Source: Patescibacteria group bacterium (lineage in GTDB: Bacteria; Patescibacteriota; Minisyncoccia; RBG-13-40-8-A). From it: a stretch of DNA of 64,000 nt. The notes beneath the pieces were generated by a model, which saw only the letters and a list, made by a program, of their open reading frames with translations, was not told where the DNA came from and made no database searches. A program made the position numbers and the translations under genes. The DNA is taken from the NCBI GenBank assembly GCA_018897295.1, contig JAHILA010000009.1, positions 3,154 to 67,153 of the forward strand, written 5' to 3'. Each line of letters starts with the position of its first letter. The stretch's first letter is position 1. Below, one piece after another: positions 1-8,281 of this stretch.

Positions 1-51
1 TTACCACAGGTTTCCAACCTGTTGAGAGGGGTTCGACTCCCCTTACCCGCT
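1..51 (+). tRNA. tRNA-Gly(UCC), 5'-truncated by the window edge. Anticodon arm, T-arm and acceptor 3' strand ACCCGCT are visible.
   Basis: Anticodon stem ACAGG/CCTGT with loop TTTCCAA (anticodon TCC). T-arm AGGGG-TTCGACT-CCCCT. 3' end ...ACCCGCT matches the tRNA-Gly acceptor. Confidence 0.7.
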
Positions 52-62
52 TTTATAAAAAA

Positions 63-91
63 TACCCCCGACAAGTCGGGAGTATTTTTTT
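63..91. terminator. Bidirectional rho-independent terminator between the tRNA-Gly and the 3' end of rny
   Basis: A-run, then GC hairpin (CCCCGAC..GTCGGG), then T-run TATTTTTTT. Confidence 0.6.
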
Positions 92-133
92 CAAACCCTA
101 TGCTTAATTTTCCTAAGCAATAAGGTCAACCAA

Positions 134-1666
134 CTAACGAGCGTATTCAATAACACGCATTTCTCTAATCACGGTTACTTTAATTTCTCCTGGGTACTTT
201 AATTCTTTTTCAATTTCAGAAGCAATATCTTTGGCTAATTTATAGGCCTTTAAATCATCAATTTTGCCCGGATTAACGAATATTCTGATTTCTCTGCCTG
301 CCTGAATAGCATAAACTTTTTCAACGCCTTCAAATCCAGTGGCAATTTTTTCCAATTCTTCCAATCTCTTTAGATAATTTTCAAGATTCTCTTTTCTTGC
401 TCCTGGCCTGGCAGCTGAAATCGCTTCTGCTGCCTGGACAATTGATGCCTCAATACTTTCAAACGGATAATCTCCATGATGCGACTTCATTGCATCAATT
501 ATCTTCTTGTCAATATTGAATTTTTCCAATATTCTTATGCCAATATCTACATGGGAACCCTGGACTTCGTGGTCAATCGCTTTGCCGATATCATGAAGTA
601 AAGCTCCTTTTTTACAGATAATCGGGTCTGCGCCTAATTCAGAAGCCAGCATCCCAGACAAGTGAGCAGCTTCAATTGAATGTAATAAAACATTCTGCCC
701 GAAACTGGTTCTGAAAGTCAGCTTGCCTAAAAGATTTACCAAACGCGGGTCAAGCCCGACAATGCCGACATCATAAACAGCTGCTTCTCCTGCTTCTTTA
801 ATTTTGGATTCTATTTCTGTTTTTGCCTTATCAACCATCTCTTCAATTCTTGCTGGCTGGATTCTTCCGTCGACCATCAATTTCTCTAAAGCGATTTTGG
901 CAATCTGCCTGCGAGTGGGATCAAATCCGGAAATAATCAGGGTCTCCGGCGTATCATCAATAATCACTTCAACACCAGTCAACCTTTCCAGTGTTTTAAT
1001 GTTTCTTCCTTCTCTACCGATAATTCTTCCTTTGATTTCGTTATTAGGCAAAGTGACGATTGTAGTCGTTACTTCTGCTGCCTGCGAAGAAGCATATCTC
1101 TGCAAGGCAGTAACCATTATATTGTTGGCTTTCTTTTCCAATTCTTCCTTGCCCGATTTTTCAAGTTTCTGGATTTTGGCGAAAATCTCTTCTTTGTTCT
1201 GCTCTTCAACTGATTTTAGAATCTGTTGTTTCGCTTCTGCTTCAGAAAGTTTTGATATTTTTTCTAATATTTCTATCTCTTGTTGTTTTAATGTTTCTAG
1301 TTCGACTTTAATACTTCTGACTTTTTCGACTTTTTCCTGAAACTCCTTTTCTTCGTTCTCTAGTTTTCTGTCCTTGGCATCAAACATCTCTTCTCTTTTA
1401 TCCAATCTTGTTTGAATTCTTCTGTATTCTTCCTGCCTCTTGGTTTCCTCTTTTTTTATTTCATCCAACGCATTAACAACCCTATCTTTAGCTTTTAAGA
1501 TTATTTCCTGAGCCTGCGCTTTTGCTTCATTGACTAGTTTTTCTATTCTCGATTCAGCAGTATTGGCTCGTCTTTTAGCAATAGATTGGCGAGCCAAATA
1601 ACCTAAGATCGACCCGAAAATTAAAGCAACCGTTGCAACTATAAGTGGAATCAGTCCTATTACCAT
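134..1666 (-). CDS. rny: Ribonuclease Y (N-terminal TM anchor, coiled coil, KH domain, HD domain)
   Basis: KH motif GREGRNIKTLERLTG. HD motif LLHDIGKA...HH. N-terminal TM helix and long coiled coil. 510 aa. Confidence 0.9.
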   Translation of the reverse strand: MVIGLIPLIVATVALIFGSILGYLARQSIAKRRANTAESRIEKLVNEAKAQAQEIILKAKDRVVNALDEIKKEETKRQEEYRRIQTRLDKREEMFDAKDRKLENEEKEFQEKVEKVRSIKVELETLKQQEIEILEKISKLSEAEAKQQILKSVEEQNKEEIFAKIQKLEKSGKEELEKKANNIMVTALQRYASSQAAEVTTTIVTLPNNEIKGRIIGREGRNIKTLERLTGVEVIIDDTPETLIISGFDPTRRQIAKIALEKLMVDGRIQPARIEEMVDKAKTEIESKIKEAGEAAVYDVGIVGLDPRLVNLLGKLTFRTSFGQNVLLHSIEAAHLSGMLASELGADPIICKKGALLHDIGKAIDHEVQGSHVDIGIRILEKFNIDKKIIDAMKSHHGDYPFESIEASIVQAAEAISAARPGARKENLENYLKRLEELEKIATGFEGVEKVYAIQAGREIRIFVNPGKIDDLKAYKLAKDIASEIEKELKYPGEIKVTVIREMRVIEYAR

Positions 1667-1750
1667 AAATTTAAGTTACTTAATTACTTTTAAAGCTTAT
1701 CAAAATAAATATATTTTGTCAAAATTGCTATTTGTGCTAAAATTATATCA

Positions 1751-3319
1751 ATGAAACCAATAATTCTCACTATTCTTGATGGATGGGGGATTAACGCTCC
1801 CAGTCTGACAAATGCCATTTCTATGGCAAAAATCCCCAATCTCAAAAAGATGGAGGAGAATTATCCTTATTGTTCATTACAGTCATCTGCCATAGCTGCC
1901 GGCCTGCCGTGGAAAGAGGCTGGTAATTCGGAGGTTGGTCATCTTATTATCGGCAGCGGGAGAATTGTTTACCAATATCTTCCCAGAATCCTAATAGAAA
2001 TTAAAAATGGAAAATTCTTTAAGAATCAGGCATTTTTAAATACAATCAACCATGTCAAAAAGAATAATTCCGTCCTGCATTTAGTGGGATTAATTTCGAG
2101 TGGCAATGTCCATTCATACTTAGAACATATTTATGGATTGCTAGAACTAGCCAAACAAAATGACGTTGCGAATCTGCGTCTACATCTTTTTACAGACGGC
2201 AAAGATGCGCCAATAAAAGAAGGAACAAAAATTATATCGACACTAATGGAAAAATTAAAAAATCCTAATTGGAAAATCGCCTCAATTATCGGCAGATATT
2301 ATAGTATGGATAGAAACAATAACTGGGACAGAACTGAGATTGCTTACAACCTTATCACTCAAGGCATTGGCGAAAAAACCCAAGATTTAATCAAGACACT
2401 ACGAGAATATTATGACCAGGATATTATTGATACCTATATAAAACCGATTGTTATTGTTGACGAAAATCAAAAGCCGATCGGAACAATTTCGGACAATGAT
2501 GCAATTATTTTCTGGGATTTCAGGGAAGACAGCGCCAGACAGCTGACAGGAGCATTTGCTAAGGAAGATTTTGATAAATTCAAAAGAACACAGATAAATA
2601 ACCTGCTTCTCTGCACAATGATTGAATATGACAAATATTTTAATACTGAGGTGGCTTATCCGCCGACAAAAATCCAGAATCATCTTGTAGAAGTTCTCAA
2701 TGCAAACAACAAAAAAGTTTTTAAAATTGCTGAAACAGAAAAATACGCTCATGTTACCTATTTCTTTAACTGTGGCAAGGAAGAACCATATCCGAACGAA
2801 ACCAGAAAACTGATTCCTTCTAAAATTGTTTCTCATTATGAAGAAAACCCGGAAATGCAGGCAGATGAAATCACTAAAGCAATATTAGAGGGTCTAAAAG
2901 GAAATTACGATTTAATTGTGGCTAATTATGCTAATGCCGATATGATGGGCCATACAGGCAATCTTGATGCAGCTATTAAGGCTGCTGAATATGTTGATGG
3001 CGCATTAAAACCAGTCATAGATTTGGCTGAGAAAGGGGACTGCATCTTAATTATCACTGCTGACCATGGCAATATCGAACAAATGGTAAATCTGCGCACC
3101 GGCGAAGTGAAAACCGAACATACTTTAAATCCAGTGCCGTTTTATTTGATTGGGACGGAGTTCAAGACAAACAAAAAGAGCCCCAAATTCTCATTTGAGA
3201 CTCCGTGCGGAATGCTACAGGATATTGCTCCAACGATCCTCGCTTTAATGCACATTCCCCAACCCTCCGAAATGACCGGCACAAACTTACTGGAAATTCT
3301 TACTTCCTCTTATCAATAA
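1751..3319 (+). CDS. gpmI: 2,3-bisphosphoglycerate-independent phosphoglycerate mutase
   Basis: N-terminus ILDGWG. Metal-binding motifs ADHGN and MGHTG. 522 aa, typical iPGM length. Confidence 0.9.
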   Translation: MKPIILTILDGWGINAPSLTNAISMAKIPNLKKMEENYPYCSLQSSAIAAGLPWKEAGNSEVGHLIIGSGRIVYQYLPRILIEIKNGKFFKNQAFLNTINHVKKNNSVLHLVGLISSGNVHSYLEHIYGLLELAKQNDVANLRLHLFTDGKDAPIKEGTKIISTLMEKLKNPNWKIASIIGRYYSMDRNNNWDRTEIAYNLITQGIGEKTQDLIKTLREYYDQDIIDTYIKPIVIVDENQKPIGTISDNDAIIFWDFREDSARQLTGAFAKEDFDKFKRTQINNLLLCTMIEYDKYFNTEVAYPPTKIQNHLVEVLNANNKKVFKIAETEKYAHVTYFFNCGKEEPYPNETRKLIPSKIVSHYEENPEMQADEITKAILEGLKGNYDLIVANYANADMMGHTGNLDAAIKAAEYVDGALKPVIDLAEKGDCILIITADHGNIEQMVNLRTGEVKTEHTLNPVPFYLIGTEFKTNKKSPKFSFETPCGMLQDIAPTILALMHIPQPSEMTGTNLLEILTSSYQ

Positions 3320-3884
3320 TTTCATCAATTAATCCGTAATCTTTCGCTTCTTCAGCAGACATATAATAGTCGCGGTCGCTGTCTTTTTCCACTTTATCTG
3401 TTTTTTGGCCAGTATGCTTGGCCAAAATTTTATTTAATTTCTGCTTGATTTTCAAAATATGTTTTGCGGAAATTTCAATATCGCTCGCCTGGCCGCCTGC
3501 CTCGCCCATAACTTGATGGATCATTACTTCGGAATTAGGCAAAGCCATCCTCTTTCCTTTTGCGCCTGCTGCCAGAATTACTGCTGCGCCAGAAGCAGCC
3601 ATGCCTATGCAAACCGTTGAAATGTCTGATTTTACAAATTGCATTGTGTCATAAATCGCCATAGTTGAAGTCACGCCTCCTCCTGGACTATTAATGTAAA
3701 TTAAAATATCCTTTTTAGGATCCTGATTTTCTAAAAACAATAATTGCGCAATCACTGAATTTGCTACAATATCATCAATCGGACCGCCTAAAAAAATTAT
3801 CCTGTCTTTTAACAAGCGGGAGTAAATATCATAAGCCCTTTCTCCATATTGCGATTTTTCAATAACTGTTGGTATTAAATTCAT
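3300..3884 (-). CDS. clpP: ATP-dependent Clp protease proteolytic subunit
   Basis: Ser-His-Asp region ...[33 protein letters not shown]. 194 aa. Lies immediately downstream of tig, the conserved tig-clpP order. Confidence 0.9.
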   Translation of the reverse strand: MNLIPTVIEKSQYGERAYDIYSRLLKDRIIFLGGPIDDIVANSVIAQLLFLENQDPKKDILIYINSPGGGVTSTMAIYDTMQFVKSDISTVCIGMAASGAAVILAAGAKGKRMALPNSEVMIHQVMGEAGGQASDIEISAKHILKIKQKLNKILAKHTGQKTDKVEKDSDRDYYMSAEEAKDYGLIDEIIDKRK

Positions 3885-4885
3885 ATAATTTTCGCTTCGC
3901 GCTCCAAGAGCTCAAAGACTTTTTCATTTATTAATATATTCTCAGTATACTCTTTAAAAACCACTAAATCAATATTCCCGCCCTCTGGCGGGATCCCGCC
4001 CGACGGCGGGACCTTAACATTATAACGCGTTAATTCCTGATCCATCCTTTCCTCGATTTCCTGTGTAGAGGGGAGGATTTTTTCTTTGTCAGCAATCGCT
4101 TTAATACATAATCCGATTTTCACTCTCTTTCCTGCCTGTTCTCTCCATCCCTTTTTTAACTCATCAGCTGTTGCCTTGATCTGCGTTAAATAAGCCTCAA
4201 AATCCATTCCAAATTGGTCAATATTCATTTTAAACTCATTAACCATATTCTCCAGTTCTTTTTCAATCAGTTCTTCGGGCGCTTCGATTTTTGAATTTTC
4301 GACAACTTTTTCTATCAATTCAATTCTGATTCTTTGTTTCTCCACGATTTCTTTCTCCTGCATCAATCCCTGTTCAATATTCTTTTTCAGCGCTTCCAAA
4401 GAATCGAATTTCCCAAATGATTTTACGAATTCATCATTGATTTCCGGCAATTGTCTTTCCTGCACAAGGTTCATTTTTATCTTAAAATTTAGATTTTTGC
4501 CTGCAATATTTTTATTGCCCCAATCTTCTGGAACTTTCAATAAAAATTCTTTTTCTTCGCCAGCTTTCATTCCTTCCAACTCTTTTTCAAAGCCGGGTAA
4601 GAATCGGCCTTCGCCTATAATTAATGGATGATTTTTGCTTACACCATTCTCTATCTGTACTCCACCTATCCTTGTTTCAAAATCAATTTCCACCCGATTG
4701 CCTTCTTGCGCGGGTTTATTTATGGTAATGATTTTTGCCCTTGATTTTTGCAGATAATCTAAGGCATTAATAATTTCTTTCTCTTCAACTTTCAATTCTT
4801 GCTTCTTCGCTTCCAATCCTTTGTAATTTCCTAATTCAATTCTGATTCCATTTGTCATACCTGTCTCGCCGTAGTCCCGCAACAC
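3881..4885 (-). CDS. tig: Trigger factor lacking the N-terminal ribosome-binding domain (start uncertain, GTG at 4885 or ATG near 4858)
   Basis: Aligns to the PPIase and C-terminal domains of trigger factor ([24 protein letters not shown]). There is no room upstream for the ~110-aa N-domain, because the NUDIX gene ends 14 nt away. Confidence 0.75.
   Translation of the reverse strand: MLRDYGETGMTNGIRIELGNYKGLEAKKQELKVEEKEIINALDYLQKSRAKIITINKPAQEGNRVEIDFETRIGGVQIENGVSKNHPLIIGEGRFLPGFEKELEGMKAGEEKEFLLKVPEDWGNKNIAGKNLNFKIKMNLVQERQLPEINDEFVKSFGKFDSLEALKKNIEQGLMQEKEIVEKQRIRIELIEKVVENSKIEAPEELIEKELENMVNEFKMNIDQFGMDFEAYLTQIKATADELKKGWREQAGKRVKIGLCIKAIADKEKILPSTQEIEERMDQELTRYNVKVPPSGGIPPEGGNIDLVVFKEYTENILINEKVFELLEREAKII
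3977..4010. repeat. Two tandem GC-rich hairpins (CCCGCC-CTCT-GGCGGG and CCCGCC-CGAC-GGCGGG) in-frame inside tig
   Basis: Perfect 6-bp GC stems in an AT-rich coding region. They encode [11 protein letters not shown]. The same CCCGCC..GGCGGG hairpin recurs at 50437. Confidence 0.6.
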
Positions 4886-4899
4886 GGGACGAAGGCGGA

Positions 4900-5301
4900 T
4901 TAAATCTCTAAATCCTTAATTAACTTTTTAGTATTAGGCCAGGTTAAGTTTGCAACTGCTGTTTCTTTTTCGACCCACTCATAATTATCATGTTCAATAA
5001 TTGCCTGGTTCAAGGAAATTTTTTCATTCATATTAGCTTTTACTAAAAAGGTTGCAGTAATTTCGTAATCGATTCTGTCTTTTTGCCATTTCTCTGTTTT
5101 ATTTAAATCACGGATGATTTTAAAATCTTTTAATCCGGTTTCTTCTTTTATGCCTCTGATTAATACTTGTTTTAGATTTTCTCCTGGTTCTATGGTTTCT
5201 TTAAGAACTTCCCAGCCATTCCATCTTAAAATACGATGCAAAATTAAAAAATACGGCTTGCCATTTTTAATATCATAAATAATTGCTCTAACTTTTTTCA
5301 T
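4900..5301 (-). CDS. NUDIX hydrolase (likely start MKKVRAII; the ORF track's N-terminal extension overlaps nusA)
   Basis: Nudix box GWEVLKETIEPGENLKQVLIRGIKEETGL. Confidence 0.7.
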   Translation of the reverse strand: MKKVRAIIYDIKNGKPYFLILHRILRWNGWEVLKETIEPGENLKQVLIRGIKEETGLKDFKIIRDLNKTEKWQKDRIDYEITATFLVKANMNEKISLNQAIIEHDNYEWVEKETAVANLTWPNTKKLIKDLEI

Positions 5302-6595
5302 TGTCGTCCTTGCCATCCTTAGCTTTAGCGAGAGAGGGTTTCTTGGTTTTAGATTTTTTTTCTTTTTTCGGTTTCTCGTCCTCTTCTTTTTTGTCCGCAT
5401 CTTCCATCATTTTTTCACTCTTCACATCAATTTTCCAGCCAGTCAATTTGGCTGCCAATCTAACATTCTGTCCTCTTTGACCAATAGCTAAAGAAATTTG
5501 GTCTTCTGGAACAATTACCAGGGCTGTCCTTCTACTTTCATCTATTTTGACGTCAATGATTTTTGCGGGGGAAAGAGAATTAGCAATATATTTTTCTATA
5601 TTTTCGTTCCATTCAATAACATCTATTTTTTCTCCGCCCAATTCATTAATAACTGTCTGAATTCTACTTCCTTTCTGCCCAACACAGCTTCCAATCGGGT
5701 CAATTCCTTCTTCTTCTGTCCAAACCGCAATTTTGGTTCTTGAACCTGGTTCTCTGGCAATGGATTTTATCTGCACTGCGCCGGTTGAAATTTCCGGGAC
5801 TTCAATTGAGAATAATCTACTCACTAATTTAGGATAGGCGCGGGAAAGAATAATATCTGCGCCTTTCGGCGATTTTTCAACCTTTAAAATATATGACCTC
5901 AAACGCTGACCCATAAAAAACCTTTCTCCTGGAATCTGTTCTTCGGGAAATAAAACTCCTACCGCTTTACCGATGTCCAAAAATATATTTCTGCCTTCGA
6001 TTCTTTGGACAATTGCGCTCACGATTTCTCCTTCTTTGTCTTTGTATTCCTCAAAAATGACTTCTCTTTCTGCTTCTCTTAATCGCTGGATAATAACCTG
6101 TTTGGCTGTTTGCGCAGCGATTCTTCCAAAGTCAGTATGTGTTTCGAGTTTTGTCTGAATTTCGTCTTCAATTTTTGCGTTTTTCTTAATTTTCTGGGCA
6201 TCCTCCAACATTATATGTTTATATGGATTAAATCTAATTTTTTTATTGCCATCTTCATCTTTCCCGACGTCTTCCCCTAGTGGAGTCGGGACTCCGACCT
6301 CGCCTTCGGCGAGCGTCGGAGCTTCTTCTTCAATTTTGCCTTCTTTGTCTTTCTTTAGCATGCTCTCATCCACAACTAAAAAAACCTGGAAAACTTTTAT
6401 TTCCCCAGTTTTTATATCAAATTTAACTTTGATATTCTGGCCTTTTTTGCCATAATCCTTTTTGTATGCAGCAGCAATCGCCATTTCAAGGGTCTCGACG
6501 ATCTGTTCCTGAGAAATGCCTTTTTCCTCGGCAATCTGGCTCATTGCTGAAATAAATTGTTTTTGATCCATAGATTTAATGAAAGGCCCGACCAA
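5288..6595 (-). CDS. nusA: Transcription termination/antitermination factor NusA
   Basis: N-terminal domain, S1 and tandem KH domains recognisable. Lys/Glu-rich C-terminal tail. Confidence 0.85.
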   Translation of the reverse strand: MVGPFIKSMDQKQFISAMSQIAEEKGISQEQIVETLEMAIAAAYKKDYGKKGQNIKVKFDIKTGEIKVFQVFLVVDESMLKKDKEGKIEEEAPTLAEGEVGVPTPLGEDVGKDEDGNKKIRFNPYKHIMLEDAQKIKKNAKIEDEIQTKLETHTDFGRIAAQTAKQVIIQRLREAEREVIFEEYKDKEGEIVSAIVQRIEGRNIFLDIGKAVGVLFPEEQIPGERFFMGQRLRSYILKVEKSPKGADIILSRAYPKLVSRLFSIEVPEISTGAVQIKSIAREPGSRTKIAVWTEEEGIDPIGSCVGQKGSRIQTVINELGGEKIDVIEWNENIEKYIANSLSPAKIIDVKIDESRRTALVIVPEDQISLAIGQRGQNVRLAAKLTGWKIDVKSEKMMEDADKKEEDEKPKKEKKSKTKKPSLAKAKDGKDDNEKS

Positions 6596-6647
6596 AGTCG
6601 GACCGTAAATGATTAAGAAATAATATTATTATATTAAAAATCCGTTG

Positions 6648-7097
6648 TCAATACATATCACCAACTGCATTTTCTGTATGGCGAATATCATATGAGCCGT
6701 TGCGATAAACTTCTACTGCCAGAATATCAATTTGCCACGAACTATCAAACAATCTATGTTTGCTTAAATAAATTTGTGATAATTTGATTAATTTTTTCTG
6801 CTTAGCGTAAGTAATATTGTCTTCTGGCCAAAATCCGCCAGGCCCAGTTTTATTGCGCGTTTTTACCTCAATAAAAACAATGTCGTTCCTGCCCGCAACG
6901 CCAGCAACCTGCCCGCTCGCAAGCTCGCGTTGCAGGCGGGGCTGGCTTGCGTGGCGGGCGGGTTTCTCTGCAATAATATCCAATTCTCCCAGTTTGCTGT
7001 ATCTGAAATTCTTATCTAAAATTTTATATCCTTTTCTTTTTAAATATTCTCTGGCAATTTTTTCTCCCAAATCGCCTAAATCTTTTCTCTCGCACAT
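6648..7097 (-). CDS. YraN-family (UPF0102) endonuclease carrying an in-frame ~26-aa GC-rich insertion
   Basis: Conserved GYKILDKNFR...GELDIIA and IVFIEVKTR blocks are separated by PARHASQPRLQRELASGQVAGVAGRND. That insert is encoded by a ~80-bp, ~75% GC block. Confidence 0.7.
   Translation of the reverse strand: MCERKDLGDLGEKIAREYLKRKGYKILDKNFRYSKLGELDIIAEKPARHASQPRLQRELASGQVAGVAGRNDIVFIEVKTRNKTGPGGFWPEDNITYAKQKKLIKLSQIYLSKHRLFDSSWQIDILAVEVYRNGSYDIRHTENAVGDMY
6886..6966. repeat. GC-rich element (CCTGCCCGC x2 ... GCGGGCGGG) inserted in-frame in yraN
   Basis: Sharp GC island in an AT-rich gene. It shares the CCTGCCCGC / GCGGGCGGG(G) motifs with elements at 8150-8206 and 37268-37391. Confidence 0.7.
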
Positions 7098-7099
7098 TT

Positions 7100-7933
7100 T
7101 TATTCTTTCTCGTTTAATTTCTCAACTATATTTTCTGCTTTTGCCAATCCTTCCTCGCTACCAATATCAGTCCATAAACCGCGGTGGACAAATGCCAATA
7201 ATTGTTTTTTCTCTGCCAGCAGCGGAAAAATACATTCTTCAATGGCAAATGCCTCGCCTTCTTTCTTGGCGCGTATACATTTTGTCTGTAAAAGCTGCGG
7301 AGACAAAACATAAAAACCAGCATTAACATATCCAGAATATTGATATTCCGGATCTTCTTGGAATTCCACTACGCGATTATTCTTGGTCTTAACCAAACCC
7401 ATGCCTTTGACATTTTGATCATAATAAACTGCCATTGCGCCCAAAATTTCTTCATATGAAACCCTTTTTCTTAAAGGAGAGATTCCCGAGGTAATACTTC
7501 TCACAAATGATGAAGAAGAAAAGAATTTCGGTTCTGAAACATTGGTTTTATAAAATTTAATAAAGTTATTCAGGTCGAAATTACTTAAAGTATCGCCGTT
7601 CATTATTAAAAAATCCTTTTTCAAATCTTTGGAAGCTGACATTATTGCTCCTCCTGTTCCCAATGGTTTTGTTTCGACAACATATTCAATTCCCGCCACT
7701 TTTCCTATTTTTTTAGAAATATTTGCTTTTGGATCTTTGATTTTCAGATATTTTAAAATCTCTTCTGCTTTATAGTGGAGACTCAAACAGATATCATCAA
7801 ATTTATATTTTTTCAATAAATCCAATTGATATTCCAATAATGGTTTCCCTTTTATTTTAATCAGGGATTTGGGTATATTTTTCAATTTTCCAGGCAGGTC
7901 GGTTTTACCTCCTGCCAAAATAATGACTTTCAC
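7100..7933 (-). CDS. Sugar-phosphate nucleotidyltransferase (NTP_transferase family, RmlA/GlmU/ManC-like). GTG start.
   Basis: N-terminal MKVIILAGGKTDLPGKL...KPLL signature of nucleotidyl transferases. Confidence 0.7.
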   Translation of the reverse strand: MKVIILAGGKTDLPGKLKNIPKSLIKIKGKPLLEYQLDLLKKYKFDDICLSLHYKAEEILKYLKIKDPKANISKKIGKVAGIEYVVETKPLGTGGAIMSASKDLKKDFLIMNGDTLSNFDLNNFIKFYKTNVSEPKFFSSSSFVRSITSGISPLRKRVSYEEILGAMAVYYDQNVKGMGLVKTKNNRVVEFQEDPEYQYSGYVNAGFYVLSPQLLQTKCIRAKKEGEAFAIEECIFPLLAEKKQLLAFVHRGLWTDIGSEEGLAKAENIVEKLNEKE

Positions 7934-8074
7934 CCCGTACTAGATTTTCGACATATTTATGTTAGTTTTGTCGAAAATCAATTAATATTTGTAATTATAA
8001 TAATCTATTATTGATTTATCATGCCCCGATTGCGGTCCCGATAAATCGGGACCAGTCGAAAATTCAGTACGGGG
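7933..8074. repeat. MITE-like palindromic element bounded by ~20-bp inverted repeats (CCCCGTACTAGATTTTCGAC / GTCGAAAATTCAGTACGGGG) with internal hairpins
   Basis: 18/20 inverted-repeat match at 7933-7952 and 8055-8074. Internal TTTTCGACA-N15-TGTCGAAAA repeat and GGTCCCGA-TAAA-TCGGGACC hairpin. A related element sits at 46117-46186. Confidence 0.6.
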
Positions 8075-8149
8075 TTCATGCCCAGAGTTAATTTTAACTC
8101 TGCAAAATAAAAAGTCAACCCTATTTGTCGACTTAGTGGACTTGGCGAG

Positions 8150-8206
8150 AATCCCTGCCCGCCAAAGCTGCACTTGGCGCTGCGGGCGGGGAACTCGCGT
8201 CTCAAT
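8150..8206. repeat. GC-rich imperfect long hairpin (CCTGCCCGCC...GCGGGCGGGG) immediately 3' of tRNA-Ala
   Basis: Same motif family as the yraN insert. On the minus strand: GCGAG-TT-CCCCGCCCGCAG-[CGCCAA-GTGCAGCT-TTGGCG]-GGCAGGGATT-CTCGC. Confidence 0.6.
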
Positions 8207-8208
8207 TT

Positions 8209-8281
8209 TGGACCATAGCGGATTCGAACCGCTGACCTCGTCAATGCGAATGACGCGCTCTACCAACTGAGCTAATGGCCC
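8209..8281 (-). tRNA. tRNA-Ala(CGC)
   Basis: Reverse complement reads GGGCCATTAGCTCAGTTGGTAGAGCGCGTCATTCGCATTGACGAGGTCAGCGGTTCGAATCCGCTATGGTCCA. It has the G3:U70 alanine identity pair and anticodon CGC. Confidence 0.85.

Noticed and set aside
804-1340. Antisense ORFs inside rny, gpmI, tig, nusA, pnp, the Cys-rich protein gene and others (e.g. 804-1340, 2399-2836, 43115-43591, 51913-52183)
   Set aside because: They lie fully inside well-supported genes on the opposite strand. Their sequences are low-complexity and Ser/Phe/Leu-rich, as expected for the reverse frames of AT-rich coding DNA.
7982-8266. ORF-track ORFs 7982-8266 and 8008-8244 (94 aa and 78 aa)
   Set aside because: They overlap the tRNA-Ala gene and the GC-rich and inverted-repeat elements. 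Their composition (Arg/Pro/Gly-rich, from GC hairpins) is that of read-through noise, not coding sequence.
7934-8281. tmRNA (ssrA), suggested by a G3:U70 tRNA-Ala-like structure followed by a structured GC-rich region
   Set aside because: The tRNA is a complete canonical 73-nt tRNA-Ala with D-arm and anticodon CGC. No tag-peptide reading frame ending in ...LAA or pseudoknot series is evident downstream.
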